A DNA stretch of 64,000 bases from Candidatus Levyibacteriota bacterium (GTDB lineage Bacteria; Patescibacteriota; Microgenomatia; Levybacterales; UBA12049): contig PLZJ01000002.1 in the NCBI GenBank assembly GCA_003152105.1, forward strand, positions 405,682 to 469,681, given 5' to 3'. Of this stretch, positions 9,670 to 19,473 are shown one piece after another. Below the pieces are notes generated by a model that worked only from the letters and a program-made list of their open reading frames with translations, did no database searches and was not told the origin of the DNA. Every line of letters starts with the position of its first letter. Positions within the stretch are counted from its first letter, which is position 1. Made by a program: the position numbers and the translations under genes.

Positions 9670-10406
9670 AAGGTATTGTATTAGCAGGTGGGCTTGCAAC
9701 TAGACTAAGGCCTTTAACGCGAGTCACAAATAAGCATCTTCTTCCAGTATATAAAAAGCCAATGATATATTACCCCATTGAAGCAATGGTTCGAGCAGGT
9801 ATTAAAGAGGTGCTCATTACCAGTTCCGCAGATCACGCTGGTCACTTTGCGAATCTCTTAGGATCGGGTGAAGAATTTGGGTTAACTTTATATTACGCAA
9901 TCCAAGAAAATCCTAAAGGAGGGATTTCTGATGCTATATTGCTTGGTGAAGAATTTGCAAGGAAAGAAAAATTACTTGTTCTATTAGGAGATGGCATTTT
10001 CAATTACGATTTATCAAATGCAGTGAATAGACTAGAACAAAAAGAAAAAGGAGCTACTGTATTTGGCATACAAATGCCAACAGAATCTGGACAATATGGA
10101 GTAATTGAAATGGATGAATCCGGAAAAGTTCTTTCAATTGTTGAAAAGCCAGAACATCCAAAATCTAATATTGCTCAAACAGGAATTTATATGTACGATG
10201 AGCGAGCTTTTGAATTCATTCATTCTCTTAAGCCATCAGAGCGCGGAGAGCTTGAAGTTACTGACCTAAATAATCTTTATGTAAAAGAGGGTACGTTATC
10301 TTGTGAATTACTAGATTGGTGGATAGACGCAGGTACTTCATATGATGAGCTTCTGCGAGCAAATAACTTAGTTGCAGAAAAAGTTAAGGCTGGTGAATTT
10401 GAATAA
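9666..10406 (+). CDS. sugar-1-phosphate nucleotidyltransferase (glucose-1-phosphate thymidylyltransferase-like, short form)
   Basis: N-terminal GIVLAGGLATRLRPLT nucleotidyltransferase motif; 246 aa; followed by rmlB/rmlD homologues. Confidence 0.7.
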   Translation: MKGIVLAGGLATRLRPLTRVTNKHLLPVYKKPMIYYPIEAMVRAGIKEVLITSSADHAGHFANLLGSGEEFGLTLYYAIQENPKGGISDAILLGEEFARKEKLLVLLGDGIFNYDLSNAVNRLEQKEKGATVFGIQMPTESGQYGVIEMDESGKVLSIVEKPEHPKSNIAQTGIYMYDERAFEFIHSLKPSERGELEVTDLNNLYVKEGTLSCELLDWWIDAGTSYDELLRANNLVAEKVKAGEFE

Positions 10407-10443
10407 ACTAATCACAGCATCGTTATTTTGCAAATAAAAATTT

Positions 10444-11457
10444 ATGAAATTACTCGTTACTGGTGGAGCAGGATTTATTGGTACAAACTTTATATTATAT
10501 TGGCTAAAAAATCATGAAGGTGACGAAATTGTAAATCTGGATAAGCTTACCTATGCGGGTAATTTAGAGAATCTAACTTCAATAGAAAAAAATCCGCGTT
10601 ACTCATTTATTCATGGGGATATTTGTGACTCAACAATAGTAAATAAAGTAATGGAAGGCATTGATAAGGTTGTCCATTTTGCCGCAGAAACACACGTTGA
10701 CCGTTCAATTAGTGGGCCTGCTGTATTTATTACGACAAATGTTGTAGGTACTCAAATACTTCTGGATGCAGCGCTCGAACATAAAATAAAACATTTTCAT
10801 CATATTTCTACAGATGAAGTATTTGGTCAATTAGAAATTGAATCACATGATAAGTTTAGTGAAAATACGCCATATAATCCTAGGAGTCCATATTCGGCCA
10901 GTAAGGCAGCATCTGACCATTTAGTCAGAGCATATTTTCATACATATGGATTACCCATAACTATTACGAATTGCTCTAATAATTTTGGTCCATATACATT
11001 CCCTGAAAAATTTTTCCCTTTAGCTATTACTAACATACTAGAAGGTAAGAAGGTGCCTGTTTATGGTGATGGGAAAAATGTAAGAGATTGGCTGTATGTT
11101 GAAGATCATGCCAGGGCAATAGACCTTGTGCTTAATAAAGGTAAAATTGGAGAAACCTATGTAGTCGGTGGATTACAAAATGGAATTTCAAACATAGATG
11201 CACTGCGTAAAATTCTTACAATTATGGGTAAAAATGAAGATAGTATAGAGTTTGTGAAAGATAGACCTGGACATGATAGGAAGTATGATATTGATTGGAG
11301 TAAGATTCATAATGAACTTGGCTGGGAACCTATATTTACATTTGATGAAGCACTCAAAAAAACAATTAGTTGGTATACGGAAAACGAAACATGGTGGGAA
11401 AATATTAAATCAGGAGAATATGCCTCTTATTATCAAAAACAATATCCGCATTCATGA
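10444..11457 (+). CDS. rfbB: dTDP-glucose 4,6-dehydratase
   Basis: MKLLVTGGAGFIGTNF Rossmann start, catalytic YSASKAASD, extended SDR; 337 aa. Confidence 0.85.
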   Translation: MKLLVTGGAGFIGTNFILYWLKNHEGDEIVNLDKLTYAGNLENLTSIEKNPRYSFIHGDICDSTIVNKVMEGIDKVVHFAAETHVDRSISGPAVFITTNVVGTQILLDAALEHKIKHFHHISTDEVFGQLEIESHDKFSENTPYNPRSPYSASKAASDHLVRAYFHTYGLPITITNCSNNFGPYTFPEKFFPLAITNILEGKKVPVYGDGKNVRDWLYVEDHARAIDLVLNKGKIGETYVVGGLQNGISNIDALRKILTIMGKNEDSIEFVKDRPGHDRKYDIDWSKIHNELGWEPIFTFDEALKKTISWYTENETWWENIKSGEYASYYQKQYPHS

Positions 11458-11490
11458 ATTACTTGTTGCATTAATTAGTTACAATTACAT

Positions 11491-12360
11491 ATGACTATTT
11501 TAGGAACTGGACTTAATGGGCTTGTTGGCTCACGAATAGCTGAGTTATTAAAAAACACTTACCACTTTGAATCACTTAGTAGATCTTCAGGTGTTGATAT
11601 TTCTGATGCTCGATTGGTCGAGGAAGCAGTGAATAAATCAGCATCCGAAGTTGTTCTTCATTTTGCAGCAAAAACTAATGTTGATGCTTGTGAAGAAGAT
11701 AAGAAATATGGGAAAGATGGAGAAGCATGGAAAGTAAATGTTTTAGGAACAAAAAATATTGTAAATGCATGTGAGAAAAGTGGTAAAAAACTAATATATA
11801 TTTCTACAGATTTTATCTTTAATGGCGAAAAAGATTTTTATACTGAAATCGATGGTCCTGACCCAATTAATTGGTATGGTATGACAAAATGTGAGGGAGA
11901 ATCTGAAGTGCAATCAAGTAGTTCTGATTGGATAATAATGCGTATAGCTTATCCTTATAGAAGTAAATTTGAAAAAGGTGATTTTGTAAGAAAAATACAA
12001 GAAAGATTTACAAATAAACAAGAAGTAGCTGGTGTTACTGATCATATTTTTTGTCCTACTTTTGTTGATGATATTGCCGCTGCGATTTCAAATTTAATAA
12101 AGCAAAAAGCAACAGGTATATATCATGCAGTTGGATCAGAATCACTTTCGCCATATATTGCTGCAACCAAAATTGCAGAAACTTTTGGATTTAACCAAAA
12201 ACTTATAAGTAAAACCACACGAGCAGAATATTTTAAAGATAAAGCCCCACGTCCCTTCCATTTAGTTTTAAAAAATGATAAGATTGAGCAATTAAATGTA
12301 GCAATGAATTCATTTTCAAAAGGGTTAGAACTAGTTAAATCCCAACAAGCTACAATATAA
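11491..12360 (+). CDS. dTDP-4-dehydrorhamnose reductase family protein (RmlD-like 4-ketoreductase)
   Basis: RmlD motifs STDFIFNG and YGMTKCEGE; 289 aa. Confidence 0.7.
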   Translation: MTILGTGLNGLVGSRIAELLKNTYHFESLSRSSGVDISDARLVEEAVNKSASEVVLHFAAKTNVDACEEDKKYGKDGEAWKVNVLGTKNIVNACEKSGKKLIYISTDFIFNGEKDFYTEIDGPDPINWYGMTKCEGESEVQSSSSDWIIMRIAYPYRSKFEKGDFVRKIQERFTNKQEVAGVTDHIFCPTFVDDIAAAISNLIKQKATGIYHAVGSESLSPYIAATKIAETFGFNQKLISKTTRAEYFKDKAPRPFHLVLKNDKIEQLNVAMNSFSKGLELVKSQQATI

Positions 12361-12364
12361 AAAT

Positions 12365-13672
12365 ATGACAATTACATTTATTGGACATGGATATGTGGGG
12401 CTCGTTACGGCAACAGTTTTTGCTGAGCTTGGAAATACAGTGTATGTCATTGGACATACAGCAGATAAGATAGAAAACTTAAAAAAAGGAATTTTACCAA
12501 TTTATGAGCCAGGGCTGGAAGAAATGGTTAAGAGAAATACAAAGGCTGGTAGATTATTATTCACACTAGATTACAAACCAGCAATCCCAAATTCAGATGT
12601 TGTATTTATTGCCGTTGGGACACCACCAAAACCTAACGGTGAGGCAGATTTGTCTGTAGTTTTTGAAGTGGCTAAAAAAATTGGAGAACATCTAGATGGT
12701 TATACTGTTGTAATAACAAAAAGTACGGTTCCTGTTGGTACTTCGGAACATGTAACAAAAATTCTAGCTGACGTTAAAAACAAAAAAGCCAAATTTGATT
12801 ATGCTTCAGTTCCTGAATTTTTACGAGAAGGACAGGCGATATCAGATACGCTAAGCCCTGATAGAGTTGTTATCGGAGTTGAAACAAAGCAAGCTGAGGA
12901 ATTGCTAACAACGCTACATAAACCAATTCTTGCTAACGAAAATGTAAAATCAAAACTAGTAATTACCAATATTCCAACTGCTGAAATGATAAAGTATGCT
13001 TCAAATGCATTTTTGGCGACAAAAATTTCGTTCGCAAATGCTATAGCGCAACTTTCTGAAAAAGTTGGTTCAGATGGTCCAACCGTATTGTCGTCTATCG
13101 GTTTAGATAAAAGAATCGGATCCGCATTTCTAAATGCGGGTGCTGGATATGGAGGAAGTTGTTTTCCAAAAGATGTAAAGGCACTTATTTCAATTGCAAA
13201 ATCTTATAATTACGACTTCACTTTATTAAAAGATGTCGAAAAAATTAATGAAGATGCGATAATTGGCATAGCAAACAAAGCAACAAAAATGCTCGGAAGC
13301 GTAAAAGGAAAATCAGTTGCAGTACTTGGGCTTTCATTTAAGCCAGATACAGATGATATGAGAGATGCTCCATCTATTACAGTCATTAAAGATCTTGTAA
13401 AAAATGGAGCCACTGTAAAAGCATATGATCCAATTGCAAAAGATACTGCCCAGAAAGCTATTCAATCAATTACATTTGCAGATTCAGCATATGAAGCAGT
13501 ATCAGATGCAGACATATTGATCCTTATGACTGAGTGGAATGAATTTAAGGAATTAGATATGGAAAAAGTAAAAACATTAATGAAAAATCCTCAAATTCTT
13601 GATGGGAGGAATATGTATAATAAAGATGAAATGGAAAAAATGGGATTTGTATATGTTGGCGTTGGACGATGA
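12365..13672 (+). CDS. ugd: UDP-glucose 6-dehydrogenase
   Basis: N-terminal GHGYVGL NAD fold, catalytic region GYGGSCFPKD, 435 aa. Confidence 0.85.
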   Translation: MTITFIGHGYVGLVTATVFAELGNTVYVIGHTADKIENLKKGILPIYEPGLEEMVKRNTKAGRLLFTLDYKPAIPNSDVVFIAVGTPPKPNGEADLSVVFEVAKKIGEHLDGYTVVITKSTVPVGTSEHVTKILADVKNKKAKFDYASVPEFLREGQAISDTLSPDRVVIGVETKQAEELLTTLHKPILANENVKSKLVITNIPTAEMIKYASNAFLATKISFANAIAQLSEKVGSDGPTVLSSIGLDKRIGSAFLNAGAGYGGSCFPKDVKALISIAKSYNYDFTLLKDVEKINEDAIIGIANKATKMLGSVKGKSVAVLGLSFKPDTDDMRDAPSITVIKDLVKNGATVKAYDPIAKDTAQKAIQSITFADSAYEAVSDADILILMTEWNEFKELDMEKVKTLMKNPQILDGRNMYNKDEMEKMGFVYVGVGR

Positions 13673-14625
13673 AAAAAATTCTCATTACAGGTGCTACAGG
13701 TTTTGCTGGAACTCATTTAACGAATCTTCTTCACCAAAATCCAGAGAATAAATTATTTGGCACTTCATTTACTTCAGTTACTAATACAGATACCAGCATT
13801 ACTCTTGAAAAAGTAGATTTACTTGATCAAGATGTTACAGAAGCAATGCTTGGAAAAATTAAACCTGACGAAGTGTACCATTTAGCTGCGCTTTCTGCCC
13901 CAAGTTTAAGTTTTGAAAATCCTATAAATACGGTTACAAATAATATTAATGCGGAAATTATTTTACTTGAAGGGCTTAGAAAACTTAATTTATTATCTAC
14001 CAAGGTACTCATAATTTCTTCTGCAGAAATATATGGGAAAGTTTCTCCTAAAAATATACCGATGAATGAAGATACACCTTTTTTCCCCGTAAGTCCTTAT
14101 GCAGTTTCAAAAATAGCTCAGGATTTTCTAGCCTTACAATACCAACTTGCATACAACATGCATATAGTGAGAGTTAGACCATTTAATCATATAGGCCCTG
14201 GACAAAGTCCCTCATTCGCAGTCGCAGCTTTTGCCAAACAAATAGCTGAGATAGAAAAAGGAGAAAAAAAGCCTGTTTTGCATGTTGGCAAATTAAATGC
14301 TAAGCGTGATTTTACAGATGTTAGAGATATGGTAAAAGCATATGTTTTAGCTTTGAAAATGGGAACTGCGGGAGAAGTGTATAACATTGGCTCTGATAAA
14401 TCGATAACGATAGAACATTTATTAGAAATGATTATTAATAATTCCAAAGTAAAAGTTTCAGTCGAGACTGATCAAAGCAAATTTAAGCCGATTGATACTC
14501 CTGAACTGCTTTGTAATAGCCAGAAATTTCGAAACTTAACTGGTTGGAAACCAGAAATTACACTCGAACAAACGATTCAAGATATTTTATCTTACTGGAG
14601 GCATCAAGTATCTATAGAAAGTTAA
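13669..14625 (+). CDS. NAD-dependent epimerase/dehydratase family protein (GDP-4-keto-6-deoxy-D-mannose reductase/epimerase candidate)
   Basis: MKKILITGATGFAGTHL Rossmann motif, YAVSK catalytic Tyr-x3-Lys; directly upstream of gmd. Confidence 0.6.
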   Translation: MKKILITGATGFAGTHLTNLLHQNPENKLFGTSFTSVTNTDTSITLEKVDLLDQDVTEAMLGKIKPDEVYHLAALSAPSLSFENPINTVTNNINAEIILLEGLRKLNLLSTKVLIISSAEIYGKVSPKNIPMNEDTPFFPVSPYAVSKIAQDFLALQYQLAYNMHIVRVRPFNHIGPGQSPSFAVAAFAKQIAEIEKGEKKPVLHVGKLNAKRDFTDVRDMVKAYVLALKMGTAGEVYNIGSDKSITIEHLLEMIINNSKVKVSVETDQSKFKPIDTPELLCNSQKFRNLTGWKPEITLEQTIQDILSYWRHQVSIES

Positions 14626-14651
14626 TACTGGTAACGATATCGAATGTATAG

Positions 14652-15665
14652 TTGAGTATTATTCAAAAGTCAGTTAAAATAAATAAAGAAATGGCAAAAA
14701 AAGCATTAATAACAGGAATAACAGGACAGGATGGGCCGTATCTCGCTGAATTTCTATTATCAAAAGGGTATGAGGTTTTTGGTTTTGTCCGTCGTTTAAG
14801 TACTCCAAACATTACAAATATCCACCATTTAAAAAACAAGATTCAATTAGTATCTGGCGATTTATTAGATCAAGGGTCAATAATGGGGGCATTATTAGAG
14901 ACAAAACCAGATGAAGTATATAATTTAGCCGCACAATCGTTTGTTGAGAGCTCTTGGAAACAGCCGGTGTTAACAGGTGAATTTACCGCGTTATCTGTCA
15001 CAAGAATGCTAGAGGCAGTTCGATTAGTAGACAGGAATATCAGATTTTATCAAGCATCATCTTCTGAAATGTTTGGTAAAGTAACGGAAACGCCACAAAA
15101 AGAGACAACCAGATTTTATCCACGTTCTCCTTATGGGGTAGCTAAAGTATATGGTCACTATATTACGGTAAATTATCGAGAAAGTTATAACATGTTTGCC
15201 GTATCAGGTATATTATTTAATCACGAATCTCCTAGGAGAGGTATTGAATTTGTAACACGGAAAATAAGTAATTCAGTGGCAAGAATATCATTAGGACTTT
15301 CGGATTCATTAGAACTTGGCAATTTGGATTCTAAACGAGACTGGGGATTTGCAGGCGATTACGTTGAGGCTATGTGGTTAATGTTACAACAGGATCACGC
15401 TGATGATTATGTTATTGCAACCGGAGAAAATCATAGTGTTCGAGAATTTGTTGAGTTAGCTTTTAAAATAGTTGGGATAACTGATTGGGAAAAATATGTT
15501 AGAGCAAATCATCCAAAGCACTTAAGACCAGCTGAAGTTGATAATTTAATAGGAGATTATTCAAAAGCTAGAGAAAAATTAGGATGGCAACCGAAAACAA
15601 GTTTCCCTGAACTTGTTGAAATGATGGTAAAAGCTGACATAGAAAAAGAAAAGAAAACAATGTAA
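14652..15665 (+). CDS. gmd: GDP-mannose 4,6-dehydratase
   Basis: [19 protein letters not shown] and [12 protein letters not shown] motifs characteristic of Gmd; true start probably Met at about 14691. Confidence 0.85.
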   Translation: MSIIQKSVKINKEMAKKALITGITGQDGPYLAEFLLSKGYEVFGFVRRLSTPNITNIHHLKNKIQLVSGDLLDQGSIMGALLETKPDEVYNLAAQSFVESSWKQPVLTGEFTALSVTRMLEAVRLVDRNIRFYQASSSEMFGKVTETPQKETTRFYPRSPYGVAKVYGHYITVNYRESYNMFAVSGILFNHESPRRGIEFVTRKISNSVARISLGLSDSLELGNLDSKRDWGFAGDYVEAMWLMLQQDHADDYVIATGENHSVREFVELAFKIVGITDWEKYVRANHPKHLRPAEVDNLIGDYSKAREKLGWQPKTSFPELVEMMVKADIEKEKKTM

Positions 15666-15666
15666 T

Positions 15667-16632
15667 ATGCAAAAAGTCCTCGTAACAGGTGGAGCAGGGT
15701 TTATTGGATCACACCTATGCGCATTTTTGCTTTCTCAAAATTATCAAGTTATCTGTCTGGATAATTTCTTAAGTGGAAGAAAAGTAAATATTAAAGCACA
15801 TGAATCAAATAGTAATTTTTCACTTATTGAGTATGATATAACTAAGCCAATTGATGCAATTGCGTCTAAATTGGAAGCTATTGATTTTATTTTTCATCTT
15901 GCCTCACCAGCTTCGCCAAATAAATATAGTAAAACTAGCTATCTTTCAAACCCAATTGAAACCTTATCAGTGAATTCTTTTGGCACTCATCAATTGTTAG
16001 ATCTTGCATTAAAAAATAAGTCGCGATTTCTTTATGCCTCATCATCTGAAGTATATGGAGATCCATCAATTTCACCTCAAGTTGAGAGTTATTTCGGGAA
16101 TGTAAATCCGAATGGGCCGCGATCAGTGTATGATGAAGGAAAGAGATTCGGTGAAGCGATAACAATGGCTTTTGTGAGAAAGTATGACGTAGACGCAAGA
16201 ATTGTGAGAATATTTAATACATACGGACCAAATATGAGAGAAGATGATGGTAGAGTTGTGTCAAATTTTATTATCCAAGCTTTACAGAATAAGCCATTAA
16301 CAATATATGGTAAAGGTGATCAGACAAGGAGCTTTTCTTATGTATCGGATACTGTTTCTGGATTGATTAAAACTATGTTCACAGATGGTCAGAAGGGAGG
16401 AGTTTTTAATATCGGAAATCCAATTGAAAAAACAATCCTTGAGTTTGCCACTCTTATTAAGGAACTTACTGGTTCAAAAGTCGATTTTGTATATGAGGAT
16501 TTGCCTCAAGATGATCCAAAGCAACGTAAACCAGATATTTCAAATGCTAAGGATAGATTGGGATATGTTCCATCTGTTACACTTGAGGAGGGATTAAAAA
16601 AAACAATAGAATATTTTAATAAGTCTGTTTAA
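15667..16632 (+). CDS. UDP-glucuronate decarboxylase (UDP-xylose synthase)
   Basis: VLVTGGAGFIGSHLC...CLDNFLSGRK N-terminus and YDEGKRFGE catalytic motif typical of UXS; sits 2 kb downstream of ugd. Confidence 0.75.
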   Translation: MQKVLVTGGAGFIGSHLCAFLLSQNYQVICLDNFLSGRKVNIKAHESNSNFSLIEYDITKPIDAIASKLEAIDFIFHLASPASPNKYSKTSYLSNPIETLSVNSFGTHQLLDLALKNKSRFLYASSSEVYGDPSISPQVESYFGNVNPNGPRSVYDEGKRFGEAITMAFVRKYDVDARIVRIFNTYGPNMREDDGRVVSNFIIQALQNKPLTIYGKGDQTRSFSYVSDTVSGLIKTMFTDGQKGGVFNIGNPIEKTILEFATLIKELTGSKVDFVYEDLPQDDPKQRKPDISNAKDRLGYVPSVTLEEGLKKTIEYFNKSV

Positions 16633-16634
16633 GT

Positions 16635-17882
16635 ATGAAAATAGTAGTAATGATACCAACATATAACGAGAAGGAAAACATAGAGAAGATGTTACCTCTT
16701 TTGGAGAATGAGGTATTCCCAAAAATTCAAAATCATAATATGCATATTTTAGTTGCTGACGATACTTCACCAGACGGGACCAAAGAGGAAGTAGAAAAAT
16801 CAATTAAAAAATGGAGCAATATCCATTTGTTAGAAGGAAAAAAGGAAGGCTTGGGATCAGCATATATCCGTGCTATGCATTACGCTATGAACACATTAAA
16901 TGCTGAAGCTGTAATTGAATTTGACGCAGATTTTCAGCACGATCCGCATGATATTCCAAGATTAGTTGCAGCAATGGATCAAGGGTATGATTATGTTATT
17001 GGAAGTCGGTATATTAAAGGTGGGCAAATTCCTAAGGAATGGGGATTAAACAGAAAAATAAAAAGCTTTTTTGGTAGTCTATTGGCAAGAATAGTTCTTT
17101 TTACATTTTCTATTCATGACATGACTTCTGGTTTCAAATTAACCAAGACTTCATTCTTAAAACAAGTTGATCTAGATCATCTCATTTCAAGAAATTATGC
17201 ATATAAGCTACAAATATTATTTGAAATTGTACTACTTGGTGCAAAGGTAAAGGAAATACCAATCATATTTTATGAGAGAAGTGCAGGGAAAAGTAAAATG
17301 GAGACAAATGACATTTACGATTCTTTAAAAGTAATTTTTACATTACGACTGCGAGAATCAATGCGTATTATCAAATTTTTATTTGTAGGAGGGACAGGGT
17401 TCGTAGTTCAAATTATTGTTCAAGAAAGTACTATTAGAACTGGTTTGGCAATATTTCTAGCAATGCTGGTTTCATCAATTCACTTCCCCTTTTTAAATGT
17501 TCAAAATCTTGGAGCTGTATCAAATGGTATAGGAGCTGGATTTGGAGCAGAAGCAGCAATAGTTTCTAACTTTTTATTCAATAATTTCTGGACCTTTAAT
17601 GATACAAGACATTTAAAACAAACATCACCGTTTGTCATTAGAGCAATAAAATTTAATTTAGCCTCTCTATTATCAATTGCAATACAAACATTTGCAGTAT
17701 ATCTTGGTGTAAGGCTTTTTGGGGAAAATATTAGTCTCTTTTCGCATAGCTTACCTACAAGAATTCTAATATTATTCCCTACAATTATATTTCTTGTGAT
17801 TCCCTTGAATTATATTATTTACAATATGTTAATTTGGAAAACACGCTATTTAAAGCATGATAAAAAAACTTCAACTCACTAA
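16635..17882 (+). CDS. GT2 polyprenol-phosphate glycosyltransferase (DPM1/GtrB-like) fused to C-terminal GtrA-like membrane domain
   Basis: N-terminal IVVMIPTYNEKENI and VADDTSPDGT GT2 motifs; C-terminal about 130 aa with 4 TM helices (FLFVGGTGFVVQ...) matches GtrA family. Confidence 0.75.
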   Translation: MKIVVMIPTYNEKENIEKMLPLLENEVFPKIQNHNMHILVADDTSPDGTKEEVEKSIKKWSNIHLLEGKKEGLGSAYIRAMHYAMNTLNAEAVIEFDADFQHDPHDIPRLVAAMDQGYDYVIGSRYIKGGQIPKEWGLNRKIKSFFGSLLARIVLFTFSIHDMTSGFKLTKTSFLKQVDLDHLISRNYAYKLQILFEIVLLGAKVKEIPIIFYERSAGKSKMETNDIYDSLKVIFTLRLRESMRIIKFLFVGGTGFVVQIIVQESTIRTGLAIFLAMLVSSIHFPFLNVQNLGAVSNGIGAGFGAEAAIVSNFLFNNFWTFNDTRHLKQTSPFVIRAIKFNLASLLSIAIQTFAVYLGVRLFGENISLFSHSLPTRILILFPTIIFLVIPLNYIIYNMLIWKTRYLKHDKKTSTH

Positions 17883-19407
17883 AGAGTCTGTAATTATTAG
17901 TGCAATCTTACTTCTTGCGGCATTTCTCCGTTTGTATAATATTAATGGATTCTTAGTATTTCTTGGAGATGAGGGCAGAGATGTTTTAACAGCATATAAC
18001 ATACTGCATGGACACTTAACATTGCTTGGTCCAACTTCTTCTGTAGGAGGTTTTTTCTTAGGGCCATTTTACTACTACTTAATTGCTCCATTTTTACTTC
18101 TTTTTAATTATGATCCAGTTGGACCAGCAGTAATGATTGCTTTTTTTGGGATTCTCACCGTTTATTTTGTATATAAAATAACTAATGAATTTTTTGGTAA
18201 ACCAGCTGGACTTTTTGCTAGCGCATTGTATGCTGTATCTCCACTAGTTATTCAATATTCTCAATCTTCTTGGAATCCTAACTTAATGCCGATAGCAACA
18301 TTAATTCTTTTGTACTTGCTTTATAAATCAGTAAACAATAGAAAACAAAAATACTTCTTTATAGTTGGATTATTGTATGGAATCTGCATGCAACTTCATT
18401 ACCTTGAAGTGTTTGTTGGAGTTGTCATCCTGCTTTACACCGCATTTGGAATATATAAATTAAATCCAAGTAAGTCGAAAAACATACGTATGATTTTACA
18501 AAGCTATGTAAGTATTTTTGTAGGCTTTATAATTTCATTTTCACCCTTTTTGCTTTTTGAAGTTAGACATAACTTCTTAAATACGAGAAATATTATTATG
18601 TTTATATTTGCTTCCAAAGATGCCGGACCTGGAGGTAATTATGTAACAATTGTGTTTACTGTTTTATTTCGTTTATTTGCGCGTCTTATGGTTGATTTCC
18701 CTCTCGCTCAAGATCTAAAGCTATATAGTATAACCATTCTTATAATTTGGGGTGCGGTAGGAGTATTGATAGGCATTTTTTCAATATTTGCATTATTTAA
18801 AATTAAGAATAAGCAAATGTTTTATTTGTTATTATTTTGGTTATTTATTAGTATTTTACTCTTTGGATTTTATAAGAAGCAAATTTACGATTATTATTTC
18901 GAGTTTCTTTATCCATTACCCTTTATGTTATTTGGCGGTGGACTTGCTCTATTGTATAAAAATGCAAAACAAAATCCAGTTAAGAAATCTATCATACTTA
19001 TAATATTTTTCTTGCTTTTTCTTTTTAGCTTATATCGTGCAGATCCAATATTTAAACAAGCAAATCACCAAAAAGATCAAGCAAAAACTATTGCTGATTT
19101 TGTACTTTCAAAAACTGATAATAAGCCGTTTAATTTTGCATTAATTACTGGAGGAAATTCCGATTATGCATACAGATACTATTTCACTATTGAAAACCAC
19201 CCTCCGGTAACAATATTAAATCCCTCGCAGGATCCTATGCGAAAATCTGTTACCAGTCAGTTGCTTGTGGTTTGTGAAAGTTTGCCTTGTTCTCCACTTG
19301 GATATTCATTATGGGAGGTAGCTGGGTTTGGAAGAGCAAATATTGTTGGATCATGGAATGTTTCAGTAGTTAAGGTATATAAATTGGATCATTACACAGG
19401 TTATTAG
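17857..19407 (+). CDS. GT-C fold glycosyltransferase (GT39/GT83, PMT/ArnT-like)
   Basis: 12+ TM helices, first periplasmic loop with FLGDEGRD (DE motif of PMT/ArnT family); overlaps upstream GT2 gene by 26 nt. Confidence 0.7.
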   Translation: MIKKLQLTKESVIISAILLLAAFLRLYNINGFLVFLGDEGRDVLTAYNILHGHLTLLGPTSSVGGFFLGPFYYYLIAPFLLLFNYDPVGPAVMIAFFGILTVYFVYKITNEFFGKPAGLFASALYAVSPLVIQYSQSSWNPNLMPIATLILLYLLYKSVNNRKQKYFFIVGLLYGICMQLHYLEVFVGVVILLYTAFGIYKLNPSKSKNIRMILQSYVSIFVGFIISFSPFLLFEVRHNFLNTRNIIMFIFASKDAGPGGNYVTIVFTVLFRLFARLMVDFPLAQDLKLYSITILIIWGAVGVLIGIFSIFALFKIKNKQMFYLLLFWLFISILLFGFYKKQIYDYYFEFLYPLPFMLFGGGLALLYKNAKQNPVKKSIILIIFFLLFLFSLYRADPIFKQANHQKDQAKTIADFVLSKTDNKPFNFALITGGNSDYAYRYYFTIENHPPVTILNPSQDPMRKSVTSQLLVVCESLPCSPLGYSLWEVAGFGRANIVGSWNVSVVKVYKLDHYTGY

Positions 19408-19473
19408 CTTCCTTTAGCTGCTTACGCTTCTCAGAACAACCAATTTTTGCTACAATAGCATACTTATTGGCAT

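Noticed and set aside
11273-11494. 73-aa plus-strand ORF overlapping the 3' end of rfbB
   Set aside because: It is out of frame within a conserved dehydratase gene, so it is a shadow ORF.
16385-16803. ORFs 16385-16597 (+), 16594-16803 (-) and 15935-16198 (-) inside uxs and the GT2 gene
   Set aside because: They are alternate-frame or antisense ORFs within well-supported genes.
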